Numbered from the stretch's first letter, positions 8,957-19,833 are shown. The stretch: 64,000 nt of DNA from an uncultured delta proteobacterium (GCA_963708295.1 CAVPSJ010000004.1:320001-384000); one strand, 5' to 3'. Notes: a model not told the origin generated them from the sequence alone. Numbers and translations: made by a program.

Positions 8957-10462
8957 ATGGAAAAGCGATTATGGGTGTTAAGTCTGGTTATCCTGGTATC
9001 CGCAGGTTGTTATGGTAAAAAGATTGATGGGACATACGAGCCTTCTGGAGAAGTCACTGTAGAGAGCCGTTATGAAGCCCCTTTAGACAAACCCCCTGAA
9101 GCGAGATCCAACCCAGAAATATCTTTAACACCCTCAGAGGAAAAATCCCCTGACATTAAAATGATGGACCCCTCTGCTAAAGCAAAAGATGAGAAAGGAA
9201 TCGCAAAAAGAAAAGGGAATCGCGATAAGAAGCAGAACCTTCTTGATACGGCACTTGATTTTTACCAGGCTTCCCAAGAACGCTGGTCGCGTGGTGAGTT
9301 TGAGGAAGCGATCGATGCTCTTGATGAGGCTTACTCATTCATTCTTGATGTGAACAGCCATAGTGACCCTGCCATCATCCAGCAGAAAGAGGATATGAGA
9401 ATCCTGATCTCAAGGAGGTTAATCGAACTATATGCATCAAGATATACTGCGGTCAATGGAAATCATAAGGCGATTCCTTTAACAATGGATGAGCATGTTA
9501 AGTACGAAATCAATCAATTTCAGACAGTTGAAAGAGACTTCTTTATAAACTCCTCTAGACGATCAAGAAGATACATTGATAAGATTGTGAAAGAATTGAA
9601 CGAAGCAGGGCTTCCTCCAGAACTTGCGTGGCTACCCCTTGTTGAGAGTGGGTTTAAAGTAAACGCACTTTCCCCCGCGAGGGCACTTGGTCTATGGCAG
9701 TTTATCCCATCTACAGGATATAAATTTGGGCTTAAGAGGGATGACTGGATTGATGAGAGGCTTGATCCTGAAAAATCAACAAGCGCTGCCATTGCCTATC
9801 TCCAGGAACTCCATCGTATGTTTGGTGATTGGACAACCGTCCTTGCGGCCTACAACAGTGGGGAGGGAAATGTTCTCAGAGTGATCAGGGGACAGAGGAT
9901 AAATTACCTTGATAACTTCTGGGACCTCTATGAAAGGCTACCTCGGGAGACAGCCCGCTATGTGCCAAGATTTCTGGCAACGCTTCATATCCTCAAGGAT
10001 CCGGGACAATATGGCTTTGATTTGAGAGAGACGGAAGAACCTCTTCCCTTTGAAGTGGTAACCATCGAGAAGCAGGTGAGATTAGATGCCATTGCAAAGG
10101 AATTAGGGATTTCAGAGGCTTTACTCTCCGACCTGAACCCCGAACTCCGGCTAAACGTCACACCCCCAACTCCCTATTCTCTCAGGATTCCACCTGCAAT
10201 GTCAGAGGCGCTGCTTGCGAGCCTTCACAGGATACCAGAGTGGTCACATGTCAGGACAAGTCTTGCGAGTTATATCTATCACCACGTTACAAAAGGCGAG
10301 ACCCTGTCCTCCGTCGCGATAAAATACAGGACAACCGTTGCGGCCATATCAAAGGCAAATGACCTTAGGAGTAGTCAGTTCATCAAGATCGGTCAAAGGC
10401 TTAAGATACCTTTAAGTGATGGCAAGGTCTATACCTCAAAATCGGGTAAACAGACACGGTAA
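8957..10462 (+). CDS. MltD-like lytic murein transglycosylase with LysM domain (lipoprotein)
   Basis: LPLVESGF, ALGLWQF, LAAYNSGEG, ETARYVP; C-terminal HVTKGETLSSVA LysM; lipobox SAGC. Confidence 0.9.
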   Translation: MEKRLWVLSLVILVSAGCYGKKIDGTYEPSGEVTVESRYEAPLDKPPEARSNPEISLTPSEEKSPDIKMMDPSAKAKDEKGIAKRKGNRDKKQNLLDTALDFYQASQERWSRGEFEEAIDALDEAYSFILDVNSHSDPAIIQQKEDMRILISRRLIELYASRYTAVNGNHKAIPLTMDEHVKYEINQFQTVERDFFINSSRRSRRYIDKIVKELNEAGLPPELAWLPLVESGFKVNALSPARALGLWQFIPSTGYKFGLKRDDWIDERLDPEKSTSAAIAYLQELHRMFGDWTTVLAAYNSGEGNVLRVIRGQRINYLDNFWDLYERLPRETARYVPRFLATLHILKDPGQYGFDLRETEEPLPFEVVTIEKQVRLDAIAKELGISEALLSDLNPELRLNVTPPTPYSLRIPPAMSEALLASLHRIPEWSHVRTSLASYIYHHVTKGETLSSVAIKYRTTVAAISKANDLRSSQFIKIGQRLKIPLSDGKVYTSKSGKQTR

Positions 10463-10484
10463 AGATCTTCAACTTCCTTCCCGT

Positions 10485-10892
10485 TTATTTGCACACTGCT
10501 TTGCATAGATTCTCATCAATGGATCCTCGGGGAATAGTTTTCCAGGCCGGGGGCCGGTCTTTAACCGAACTGGCGTATAAGATCTTCCCTTCTGCGGAAT
10601 ATTCGGTAATCGACAGAATACGATCCTTTTCTTCTGCGCAACTGATTTCCCATAATTCCAATGAATAACTCACATCTGCATCATATTTTCCAAACCGTCT
10701 TACCATTCCGGTTCTACCTTGCTTTGTGTATTCCAATTTCGTCCAAACATCGATAATGTTCTTTGATGACGGAGTCGTATCTTCCACATCATAGAAACAT
10801 TCGTACAAATCGGTCTCCGCAAACAACTTCGCCCCGGAAGGCTGATCCCAAGATCCTTCCCCACCGACGGTGGGTCCATCTTGGTTTATCAC
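10485..10892 (-). CDS. Second adhesin-E-like protein, signal peptide missing (possibly degenerate)
   Basis: FYD...IIDVWTK...WEISC...W..IPRGSI.E.LC..VCK resembles 5754-6176. Confidence 0.5.
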   Translation of the reverse strand: MINQDGPTVGGEGSWDQPSGAKLFAETDLYECFYDVEDTTPSSKNIIDVWTKLEYTKQGRTGMVRRFGKYDADVSYSLELWEISCAEEKDRILSITEYSAEGKILYASSVKDRPPAWKTIPRGSIDENLCKAVCK

Positions 10893-11128
10893 CCGTCGCC
10901 TTCATTGTGATCAATGTGGATACCTTTGAATGAACTCTTCACCGCTTTGCAGACTGGACAGCACCAGTCATCGGGTAGCTTGTCAAATGGATCCATTTCT
11001 AAATCATCATCATAGCGATAGCTGCAAACGGGACAGATGTAGAGCACTTTGAACCTCCGATCGGTGGAAGATCCGGGGCCCGTAAAGACCCCCCACTTAC
11101 CTCCCCCCGAACCAAAGACTACTTGCAC
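10889..11128 (-). CDS. Rubredoxin (true start uncertain)
   Basis: YICPVCSYRYD...FDKLPDDWCCPVCKAVKSSF. Confidence 0.8.
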   Translation of the reverse strand: MQVVFGSGGGKWGVFTGPGSSTDRRFKVLYICPVCSYRYDDDLEMDPFDKLPDDWCCPVCKAVKSSFKGIHIDHNEGDG

Positions 11129-11239
11129 CCCGGACCTTTAGCCATGGATTTCCACAGTTTCAATTTTCCAAATTGAAGGGTCCGAATGGCCTCCACTTCC
11201 GGTCGGGACTCACAGTCAGAATCTAAATTGAACAATACC

Positions 11240-12454
11240 TCATTTGCTCCAGTCCGGCCTGGGATAGACCAACTTGGTCGTGGCTACTTCTTTCGGCCAC
11301 AACAACCTGTTCGAACCATTGACGGTCTGGACGGTATAGCAGAACGGAGGAGGTAACCCCTTTGAATCGAAGACAATTCCCTTGCCATAAGGTAGATCAA
11401 ACTTCCGTGATCTCAAATAGTCTCTTATCTTCTTGTCGTCAAGACTACGCGTTCCCTCCACCGCCAGCTCAAGCGTCCTCATCCAGCAGTAGCCCTGACC
11501 AAAGTAGTCAGGAGGCTGAGGCATCCTCAATCGTTCCTTGGAAGCCTGGATGATCTTGTCGTTGCCGGCATAAGGCAGATCAGGAGCCCAAAAAGTATTG
11601 CAGAGCACATTGTTACCGTCCTCGCCAAGTTCCTTCATCCATGCAGGTACTTTCGAGGCGACGAGTTCCCATATGATCTTTGGGTTATACCGTATAGACT
11701 TGGCCGCGCGCATGATCAGCACTCCGTCATCAAAAACGCTGATCGAACAGAGTACCTCCGCACCTCTGGCTTTGGCTTTACTCACCAAGGGTGTTGCATC
11801 GCTTAACGGAAGATTATAGGTCTCATCCACGACGACTTTGATCCCTCGTGCCTCAGCAGATTTGATCAAAGGAGCCCGTGCCGAGAGACCCGTTACGGTA
11901 TTCATCGTCAAAACGGCCATCGTTTTGGGTCTCTCCGCTTTTGGGATGAGGTCATCAAAGACACCTTGTAAAGAAAGGTAAGCCCAATCGCTCATCAAAG
12001 GAGGACTTCCAAAACTGTAAGTATACCCCTGTTCAAAGGACTTCATATGTCCCCCCATGCCCACAAAGACCTTCCCATACTTCTCAACGAGGGGCATCAC
12101 GGCGGGATTGGTCGTCCCGGGAATACCGCCAAATACCAGATCGACTTTGTCTACCGTGATCGCCCTCTCATAATAGGTAACTGCTTTGTCCGTGTCACTT
12201 TCATTGTCGTATATAATCATTTCGACGGGGCGTCCCAAAAGGCCTCCCCTCTTGTTGATATCGTCTGCCCAAAACTCGATTCCCCCTTTCACGTACTTTC
12301 CGGCTTCTGACCATCCTCCGGTCAACGATAACGCTCCCCCTATCCTAATTGGAGTTGACGATGGCCCGGATTTCGTTGGTTGGCTAAGAACAGAGGATGC
12401 GAACAATACCATGATCATGGAAACAATAAGAGTCATTAAGGTTCCTTTCCTCAT
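11240..12454 (-). CDS. ABC transporter substrate-binding protein, branched-chain amino-acid (LivK-like) family
   Basis: Signal peptide, PIRIGGALSLTG, INKRGGLLGRPVE..YD; ATG 12454 after AGGAGG. Confidence 0.88.
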   Translation of the reverse strand: MRKGTLMTLIVSMIMVLFASSVLSQPTKSGPSSTPIRIGGALSLTGGWSEAGKYVKGGIEFWADDINKRGGLLGRPVEMIIYDNESDTDKAVTYYERAITVDKVDLVFGGIPGTTNPAVMPLVEKYGKVFVGMGGHMKSFEQGYTYSFGSPPLMSDWAYLSLQGVFDDLIPKAERPKTMAVLTMNTVTGLSARAPLIKSAEARGIKVVVDETYNLPLSDATPLVSKAKARGAEVLCSISVFDDGVLIMRAAKSIRYNPKIIWELVASKVPAWMKELGEDGNNVLCNTFWAPDLPYAGNDKIIQASKERLRMPQPPDYFGQGYCWMRTLELAVEGTRSLDDKKIRDYLRSRKFDLPYGKGIVFDSKGLPPPFCYTVQTVNGSNRLLWPKEVATTKLVYPRPDWSK

Positions 12455-12733
12455 CGATATCTTCCTCCTTTCATAAGGGTTTGATGTACTTTCTCTCACA
12501 ATTTCCCCCAGCCCATATAATGTTTCTGAGAAAGTCAACACATGCATTTTGCTAAGACGACCCAAACAGCCTGGGGAAGCAAGAACTAAAACCTTGAAAA
12601 ACGCTCACCCTGATCTGACGGTCACCCATTCTTCACATACGATATAAATGGAAGATGGTCGTCCTGTCTCCAATGCCTGTATTCGTCGGGCTCATCATCG
12701 CAAAACTTTTCCAAATTTCTTGACGCATCACTT

Positions 12734-14149
12734 TTAAGGAATGATCTTCCAACGTGGTTCGATCTTAATGCCGATCCTTTTCATGACTTCCGAAGAAGCG
12801 CGGTCAACATTTTCTAGGATTTCCCGCTCGTTCACGGTGAGGATATTTCTGTGTCGCATGATGATCTTTCCGTTGATGATCACGGTATCCACACTCTTGC
12901 CGTCTGCAGAATAAACGAGATTGGATATGGGATCCATGAGCGGATGCCATTCGGGATGGGATGTATCAACGATGATCAAGTCTGCATTCTTCCCACTCTC
13001 CAATGACCCGATTTGATCTTCCCAAAGCAGCGCACGGGCGCCATCGATGGTCCCCATTTCCAAAGCTTTGTAAGCACCTATTTCTTCGGGGTTTCCGGTA
13101 GCATCTTTATGCGCCTCTGCTGCCAGGTACATGGTCCGGACCATGTCCAGACAACGGCCTGCCGTCGCTGAATCGTTCCCGAGTGCAACCGTCACCCCGG
13201 CCTTCGTCATCTTCGGAATCATCCTATTGGATATGGCTCCGTTAGCGAAATGCATGCTTCCGCCGGGACAATGGACAACTTTCACGTCATGGCTTCTTAG
13301 CCATCCTATTTCCCGCGCGTTCGGGAATCCCATATGAATCAGCAGAAGATTAGGGCCGAAAAGCCCCAAATTGTAAAATCTTTCAACAGATCGAACCCCC
13401 CACCTTTTCTGGACACCTTCATTCTCCTCTCGCGAACACGCCAAATGAGCGTGAATTCCAACGTTGTATTTGTCAGCTAATGATTTGATGGCCTTCGCTA
13501 GGTCATCACTCACGTTGAAGACAACCCGAAGTGAAAACCAGGCTCGGATTCTGTCATGTTCGGCCCTATTCCATTTTTTTACAAGGTCTTCCGCTTTTGT
13601 CAGTGTCTTTTCACGGTTTTCACGGAGATTGGGTGGAAGTGGGAAGAGGGGGTCTTCAATATCTCTTGTGGATCGGTTGGTAATGCCTCTTATGCCAATC
13701 CGTATCGCTGCCTCTACTGACTTGTCAGGGTAATAACCTCCTGAATCACAGAAGCACGTTGTCCCGCTTTTGATCATTTCAAGAAAATTCCCCATCGCGC
13801 TCCAATAGACATCCTCTTCGGTCAGATAAGTCTCATACGGGAATATCCGTTCATACAAACACTTATAGGCGGGTACATCATCAGCAATCCCTTTTGAAAG
13901 ATATTGGACGACGTGGTTATGAGCGTCTACAAAGCCGGGTAAGACCAAGCAACCCGAGGCGTCGATCTCCTTATCGGCGGTGTGCCTGGCTTTAAGGTCT
14001 TCTGTCTTGCCCACGTCTCTTATGAAGGGACCTTCCACATAAACAGCTCCGCTCTTATAGATTTCTCTATTTTGATTCATTGTTACGACATACCCGTTGT
14101 GTATCAAGATACTCGCCACTTCACTTGGTTCTGGAGGTATCGTTCTCAT
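12734..14149 (-). CDS. Metal-dependent amidohydrolase (MtaD/AtzA-type deaminase)
   Basis: PGFVDAHNH, IHAHL, HCP, ALGND, GSLESGKNAD. Confidence 0.88.
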   Translation of the reverse strand: MRTIPPEPSEVASILIHNGYVVTMNQNREIYKSGAVYVEGPFIRDVGKTEDLKARHTADKEIDASGCLVLPGFVDAHNHVVQYLSKGIADDVPAYKCLYERIFPYETYLTEEDVYWSAMGNFLEMIKSGTTCFCDSGGYYPDKSVEAAIRIGIRGITNRSTRDIEDPLFPLPPNLRENREKTLTKAEDLVKKWNRAEHDRIRAWFSLRVVFNVSDDLAKAIKSLADKYNVGIHAHLACSREENEGVQKRWGVRSVERFYNLGLFGPNLLLIHMGFPNAREIGWLRSHDVKVVHCPGGSMHFANGAISNRMIPKMTKAGVTVALGNDSATAGRCLDMVRTMYLAAEAHKDATGNPEEIGAYKALEMGTIDGARALLWEDQIGSLESGKNADLIIVDTSHPEWHPLMDPISNLVYSADGKSVDTVIINGKIIMRHRNILTVNEREILENVDRASSEVMKRIGIKIEPRWKIIP

Positions 14150-14307
14150 ATCGATTTCCTTTCAAAGTTACATCGTTAAGTTGTAGGAGTCAATCCTTTT
14201 TTAGCCCTTTTTTTAGCTGCCCTTTTTGCTTGACAATCGAAAGGAGGGCTAATAGGATAATGGTCAATTCATCAATGATGTAGAATGCTTTTTCAGGGGG
14301 ATATGGG

Positions 14308-15552
14308 ATGGGACCATTATCTGCACAGGTCGAAAGGCGGATGAAACGGTGGCAGGAACAGCGCTGGATTCTGGACAACGTCATTAAAACAGTTGGGGTC
14401 GAATGGGACCAGAACCGCATCGGGTATACCCTCGGCCCTTGTGGTCCCGAGGCAACATTTGATTTTATGGGTGTCCGGACTCGGGTTCAGAAGTTCACCG
14501 ACATCACCCGAGAGTTCGGGAAAGCGGCATCCCGTCGGGAGGCCATCGCTCGGCAGTTCGAAGACGAAGGGCGGACGGTCGCTGCCCGGGAGAACTTCTT
14601 CATTGCCTCTCTTCTTTATGGGAGCGCGCAGTGGCCGATTTTCGAGAATTCGGAGGATAACATCGCCTTAAATAAGAAGAAGGTCGATTGTTATCTGAAG
14701 TATGCCCAATATGCTGACCATGAGATACGGAAGGTGGAGATTCCTTTCGGCACTCAGTCACTGCCGGGCTACCTTCATTTGCCGAATAAAAGGCCGTCGG
14801 GAAAACTGCCGTGCGTTCTCTCAATCGATGGTATGGACGGTTTCAAGGAGATGATACATTCACTCTATGGAGACCGGTTTTTTGAAAGAGGGATCGCAAG
14901 CCTTGCGATCGACGGTCCCGGGCAGGGCGAATGTTGCATCCGCAATATCCACGTGACCGCCACAAACTTCAAGGATGCGGGTCGTGCAGCCCTGGCATGG
15001 ATGCGGACCCAACCGGAACTCGACCCGGACCGCGTCGCAGTCTCCGCAGTCAGTTTCGGTTCCTTTGTGGGGACCCAGGTGGCCTCTATCGATGATCGAA
15101 TCAAGGGTTGCGCTGTTGCCTTTGTCTGTCACGAACCGGGGTTCAATACAATCTTCAACATGGCTTCGCCGACCTTCAAACTCCGTTTCATGTACATGGC
15201 AGGATATGAAGATGAAGATGAATTTGACAAGTTTGCAAAAACCTTAACCCTGGAGGGGGTTGGCGAGCAGATCAGGTGCCCCTACCTGGTCATCGCCGGC
15301 GAAGACGATGAGTTGAGCCCCATTGAGTATACCTATAAATTGCTCAACAAGATCAAGGCCCCGAAACAACTTGTACTCTATCAGGGTGAGAAGCACGCCC
15401 TCCATTCCACCAGTTCTACCGCCCTGGGGCCTCATTGGGGAGTCTACATAGCGGAATGGATAAAGGATCGCCTGGATGGCAAACCCATGGAATCGAAAAG
15501 TATCATGGTGGATTTGCTAGGACAGACTCATGCCTTTGAGATCCCCCGTTGA
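14308..15552 (+). CDS. Alpha/beta hydrolase (FrsA / 2,6-dihydroxypseudooxynicotine-hydrolase-like)
   Basis: LPGYLHLP, DGMDGFKE, DGPGQGE, nucleophile AVSFG; TTGACA-17-TAGGAT promoter at about 14230. Confidence 0.8.
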   Translation: MGPLSAQVERRMKRWQEQRWILDNVIKTVGVEWDQNRIGYTLGPCGPEATFDFMGVRTRVQKFTDITREFGKAASRREAIARQFEDEGRTVAARENFFIASLLYGSAQWPIFENSEDNIALNKKKVDCYLKYAQYADHEIRKVEIPFGTQSLPGYLHLPNKRPSGKLPCVLSIDGMDGFKEMIHSLYGDRFFERGIASLAIDGPGQGECCIRNIHVTATNFKDAGRAALAWMRTQPELDPDRVAVSAVSFGSFVGTQVASIDDRIKGCAVAFVCHEPGFNTIFNMASPTFKLRFMYMAGYEDEDEFDKFAKTLTLEGVGEQIRCPYLVIAGEDDELSPIEYTYKLLNKIKAPKQLVLYQGEKHALHSTSSTALGPHWGVYIAEWIKDRLDGKPMESKSIMVDLLGQTHAFEIPR

Positions 15553-16022
15553 ACGCCAGGATTGATTCAGCATGATCCGGACTAATGAGAAGACTGTAGC
15601 CAAAAGTACAATTGCGTGGAGGATCCGGACCATGCTGAAAGTGGTCGTGATAAGCATGGGGTCTTTCTCCCATATCACATTTCGCGGAGATGACAATCAT
15701 GAGATGTATGTTTGAGCTGAAGAAATGCCTCCCTCTCCATACCACCCCTACTTCCCTCAAATGAAAACCTTCCTGATAAATCGCCTGATGAATAGATTTA
15801 TCGATGCTCGGCTTCTCGGCTCGGCACCGGGTGGAGCAGGAGGCATGATGGTGATGAGTTTGGAGGCTTCGATGTGAAGGGTATCCAATTTACCCAGAAA
15901 ACTCGGCTTTGTTCCGTTAACACCGATAGAATTGTTGGTTATGTTGGGAATAGTCTTGGGAAAAACCTATTTTGGATAAAAATTGGGAAGAGGATTAGCC
16001 AGGCAAGTCATTGATATGCTTA

Positions 16023-16098
16023 TGGTAGGCGGAACAGGGATTGAACCTGCGACCTCCGGCTTGTAAGGCCGGCGCTCTCCCAACTGAGCTATCCGCCC
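16023..16098 (-). tRNA. tRNA-Val(TAC)
   Basis: GGGCGGATAGCTCAGTTGGGAGAGCGCCGGCCT-TAC-AAGCCGGAGGTCGCAGGTTCAATCCCTGTTCCGCCTACCA; 76 nt, CCA encoded. Confidence 0.97.
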
Positions 16099-16141
16099 TC
16101 TCTTGCGGGGGAAAGGATGGAATCCGGTTCCAAAGCCGAGG

Positions 16142-17392
16142 TCAGGCCACCTCGACTTCTTTCTCATAAAGAAGGATCGGGCTTTCGTTATGGAGGACGA
16201 CCTCTTCGCTGATGATACATTCACGGATGTTGGATTGGGAGGGGATCTCATACATCACATCCAGCATGGTGTTCTCCATGATCGCGCGAAGTCCCCGGGC
16301 GCCGGACTTTCTCTTAATGGCCTCCTTCGCAATCGACATCAACGCCCCCTCGGTGAATCGAAGCTTCACACTTTCAAGCTCGAAGAGTTTTTGGTACTGT
16401 TTCACCAGGGCATTCTTCGGCTTTTTTAGGATATCCACCAATGCATCGACGCTCAGCTCGTCCAGGGTGGCAATCACCGGAAGTCTTCCGATGAACTCAG
16501 GAATCAACCCAAACTTCAAGAGGTCCTCGGGTTGAACCTCCCTGAGCAGCTCTCCCATGTCCCGCTCATACTGGGACTTGATATCCGCCCCAAACCCGAG
16601 AGTCTTCCCTCCGACCCGTTGCTCAACGAGTTTTTCAAGCCCGACGAAAGCTCCGCCGCAGATGAAGAGGATGTTGGTGGTGTCGATCTGAATGAATTCC
16701 TGCTGGGGGTGTTTCCGGCCCCCTTTCGGCGGGATGCTCGCAACGGTTCCTTCGATGATTTTCAGGAGGGCCTGCTGCACACCCTCCCCTGACACATCTC
16801 GCGTAATCGAGGGGCTATCGGATTTTCTCGAGATCTTGTCGATTTCGTCAATGTAAACGATTCCCTTCTGAGTCCGCTCGATATCGTAATCAGCCGACTG
16901 AAGAAGACTCAGAATAATATTCTCCACATCCTCGCCCACATACCCTGCTTCCGTCAGGCAGGTGGCATCCGCAATCGTGAAGGGGACATCGAGGATACGG
17001 GCCAGCGTCTGGGCGAGGAGCGTTTTCCCGGACCCGGTGGGACCGATGAGGATGATATTTGATTTCTGGAGTTCTACCTCTCCGGAGGCCACTCGAGCAT
17101 CGATCCGCTTATAGTGATTGTGGACGGCCACCGACAGGATCTTCTTCGCATGCTCCTGCCCGATCACATACTCATCGAGCTTGGCCTTGATCTCCATGGG
17201 CTTCGGGACCGTCAGTCTTCCCGGGACGAACCGTTCCTCCGTCTCCTCTGCAATGATCTCGTTACAGAGTTCGATGCATTCGTCGCAGATGTAGACCGTG
17301 GGGCCGGCGATGAGCTTTCTTACCTCATCCTGACTCTTCCCGCAGAAGGAACAATGTAAGACGGTCCCGTAATTTCCTCCGTTCGCCTTCAT
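16142..17392 (-). CDS. clpX: ATP-dependent Clp protease ATP-binding subunit
   Basis: CSFCGK zinc finger, [22 protein letters not shown]. Confidence 0.98.
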   Translation of the reverse strand: MKANGGNYGTVLHCSFCGKSQDEVRKLIAGPTVYICDECIELCNEIIAEETEERFVPGRLTVPKPMEIKAKLDEYVIGQEHAKKILSVAVHNHYKRIDARVASGEVELQKSNIILIGPTGSGKTLLAQTLARILDVPFTIADATCLTEAGYVGEDVENIILSLLQSADYDIERTQKGIVYIDEIDKISRKSDSPSITRDVSGEGVQQALLKIIEGTVASIPPKGGRKHPQQEFIQIDTTNILFICGGAFVGLEKLVEQRVGGKTLGFGADIKSQYERDMGELLREVQPEDLLKFGLIPEFIGRLPVIATLDELSVDALVDILKKPKNALVKQYQKLFELESVKLRFTEGALMSIAKEAIKRKSGARGLRAIMENTMLDVMYEIPSQSNIRECIISEEVVLHNESPILLYEKEVEVA

Positions 17393-17422
17393 CGTCTTCT
17401 CCTTTCTGTCTCCCTTCAGGAA

Positions 17423-18022
17423 CTACCCTTGAGACCGGACGGGACGCTGGAGAACCACCTCATCGACAATACCGTATTCCCTCGCCTGATGGCCACTCAT
17501 AAAAAAATCTCGATCAGTATCCGCCTGGATTCGTTCCAATGGTTGAGACGTATGTTTGACCATAATCCGATTCAGCTCTTCCCGAAGCCGGAGGATCTCC
17601 TTTGCCTGGATGTCCACATCCGACGCCTGTCCTTGAAACCCCCCCATGGGCTGATGGATGAGAATCCTCGAATGGGGAAGGGCGAATCGTTTCCCCTTTT
17701 CCCCTGCCGCAAGAAGCAAGGCCGCGATACTGGCCCCCTGTCCCATACATAACGTGGAAACCTTGGGTCGAATATACTGCATCGTATCATAAATAGCAAG
17801 CCCGGAGGTCACAACCCCTCCTGGGGAATTGATGTAGAGATGAACGTCCTTATCCGGGTCTTCCGATTCCAGGAAGAGCATCTGGGCAATCACCAGATTG
17901 GCTACATCATCGTCAATCGCCGTCCCCACAAATATGATTCGCTCTTTCAAAAGACGAGAATAAATATCATAGGCTCGTTCGCCTCTCCCGTCCTTTTCGA
18001 TCACAATCGGTATCAGTGTCAT
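17423..18022 (-). CDS. clpP: Clp protease proteolytic subunit
   Basis: [26 protein letters not shown]. Confidence 0.98.
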   Translation of the reverse strand: MTLIPIVIEKDGRGERAYDIYSRLLKERIIFVGTAIDDDVANLVIAQMLFLESEDPDKDVHLYINSPGGVVTSGLAIYDTMQYIRPKVSTLCMGQGASIAALLLAAGEKGKRFALPHSRILIHQPMGGFQGQASDVDIQAKEILRLREELNRIMVKHTSQPLERIQADTDRDFFMSGHQAREYGIVDEVVLQRPVRSQG

Positions 18023-18033
18023 CGCTTTTTCCC

Positions 18034-19317
18034 TCAGACATAGTCGATTTCTGCTTTCTCAAGCAGAAAGCTCAAAGCTCTGTCCCGGAGGATTCCGGCC
18101 TTCACTTCAGGAAGAAGTCCATTCTTTTCGTAGTATTGTTTGACCACTTCGAATTTTTGGTGCGTCCTCTCCGACATCTCTTTCAGGCGATCCTCTGCCT
18201 CCTGATCGGTGACCGCAATCCCCTCCTGGCCCGCAATTTTGTCAAGGATAAGAACAGTCCTGACTTGCTTCTGGGCCATCGCCTTATAATCCTCCTGGAG
18301 CTTCTCCTCCGAGACGCCCAGATTCTTGAAAACCACCCCCTGAGCAGCCAGTTTCAACTTCGTGTCCGAGACCATGGCCTTGGCCTGCTCTTCCACCAAG
18401 CTTTCGGGAACCTCGAAGGGATTTGCCTCAAGCAGTCGATCGACCACCGAATCCTTTAATTGCCGTTCTAATGCGAGCTCTTTCTCCTTTTTGATGTCTT
18501 CCGTCAATTTCGCCTTTAATTCTCCCAAAGACGAATAATCCCCCAGATCTTTCGCAAATTCATCATCCAGCGGAGGGAAGATCTTTTCCTTTATCTCCTT
18601 GATCTTTACCTGGAAGGAGATGGTTTTCCCCGCCCATTTTTGATATCCATAATCCTGAGGGAACGTGACCTCAATCTCCTTCTCTTCCTCCGGTTTCAGT
18701 CCGATGATCTTCTCTTCGAAGGCAGGGATAAATTGTCCGCTTCCCACCTCTACGGTAAAATCAATCGCCTTCCCTCCCTCCAAGGGTTTGCCATTCAAAC
18801 TCGCCTCATAATTGAGGATGACAAAATCTCCTGCCTGGATGGTTCTCGCCTCTGAAACGGTTTTTAAATTGGAATGGAGGTTCTGGAGGGCTTTCAACCG
18901 CTCCTCCACCTCTTCGTCTTTCACCTCTTCTCTCTTCCCTTCGATCTTCAACCCCGTATACCCTTCTAATTTGATCTCGGGTTTGACCTCAATCACAGCG
19001 GAATATTGAAACGGCTTTCCTTGTTCAAATTCTCCAGGATCGACCACGGGCGGAGAGACGGGCTCGAGATGCGTCTCCGTGAGGGCTTTTGGATAGGATT
19101 CTTCTATCAATTTGCGGACGACCTCTACCTTGACATGATCTTTAAAATACCTCTCCAGAATGTTTCTTGGAACCTTTCCGGGCCTAAACCCTTTGATCTT
19201 GGCCGTCCTCCCCAACTCTTTATAGATGGATTCAACTTCCTTGCCGACCTCGTCTTCCGGAATTTCTACGGCTATCTTCTTCTTGATCGGACTGATCTCT
19301 TCAGCACTGGCTCTCAT
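18034..19317 (-). CDS. tig: Trigger factor
   Basis: [15 protein letters not shown]; tig-clpP-clpX order. Confidence 0.97.
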   Translation of the reverse strand: MRASAEEISPIKKKIAVEIPEDEVGKEVESIYKELGRTAKIKGFRPGKVPRNILERYFKDHVKVEVVRKLIEESYPKALTETHLEPVSPPVVDPGEFEQGKPFQYSAVIEVKPEIKLEGYTGLKIEGKREEVKDEEVEERLKALQNLHSNLKTVSEARTIQAGDFVILNYEASLNGKPLEGGKAIDFTVEVGSGQFIPAFEEKIIGLKPEEEKEIEVTFPQDYGYQKWAGKTISFQVKIKEIKEKIFPPLDDEFAKDLGDYSSLGELKAKLTEDIKKEKELALERQLKDSVVDRLLEANPFEVPESLVEEQAKAMVSDTKLKLAAQGVVFKNLGVSEEKLQEDYKAMAQKQVRTVLILDKIAGQEGIAVTDQEAEDRLKEMSERTHQKFEVVKQYYEKNGLLPEVKAGILRDRALSFLLEKAEIDYV

Positions 19318-19339
19318 GAAATATCCCCTCAAATGTGAA

Positions 19340-19475
19340 AATACGAAATCCGAAATTCTAAATTCGAAACAAATCCTAAATTCAAATGATCAAATTTCTA
19401 AAACTCTTCGTTCCACTTGTTCTATTTCGGTCATTCGAATTTGTTTCGTGCTTCGTATTTCGTGATTCGAATTTG
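19340..19475. repeat. AT-rich heptamer-periodic long inverted repeat
   Basis: AATACGAAATCCGAAATTCTAAATTCGAAACAAAT... mirrored by ...ATTTGTTTCGTGCTTCGTATTTCGTGATTCGAATTT. Confidence 0.6.
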
Positions 19476-19488
19476 CTTGAAATTGACT

Positions 19489-19575
19489 TGGTGCCGAGGG
19501 CGGGACTCGAACCCGCACAGTCTCACGACCACGAGATCCTAAGTCTCGCGCGTATTCCAATTTCGCCACCCCGGC
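19489..19575 (-). tRNA. tRNA-Leu(TAG)
   Basis: GCCGGGGTGGCGAAATTGGAATACGCGCGAGACT-TAG-GATCTCG, long variable arm, GGTTCGAGTCC, CCA end; typical position upstream of tig. Confidence 0.96.
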
Positions 19576-19687
19576 CCGTGACGTTGCTAGCGTCTTCAGG
19601 CGAGACGTCGCCTTATTTGTGCCCGCGCCCTTCCTGCAACCCGCGAATAATCAAGAACTTCTTGTGATAATAATAACTTAATTTAAT

Positions 19688-19716
19688 ACTATAATCCATT
19701 TGGTCCGTGCTGTCAA
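19688..19716 (-). promoter_or_regulatory. Sigma-70 promoter of tRNA-Leu/tig
   Basis: TTGACA-17 bp-TATAGT on minus strand. Confidence 0.75.
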
Positions 19717-19833
19717 TCAAACTACGTTCCCCTCCCCTCTCCCGCTGGAGGAGAGGGGAGGGGGGAGGGAAAAAACTGCTTACAAAAACTTCCATGATAG
19801 TTGATTTTGTTACAATATGTTTTATGATAGAGC

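Noticed and set aside
8716-10462. Prophage (Xis-like gene plus lytic enzyme)
   Set aside because: The transglycosylase is a cellular MltD-type lipoprotein; no integrase, structural or packaging genes are present.
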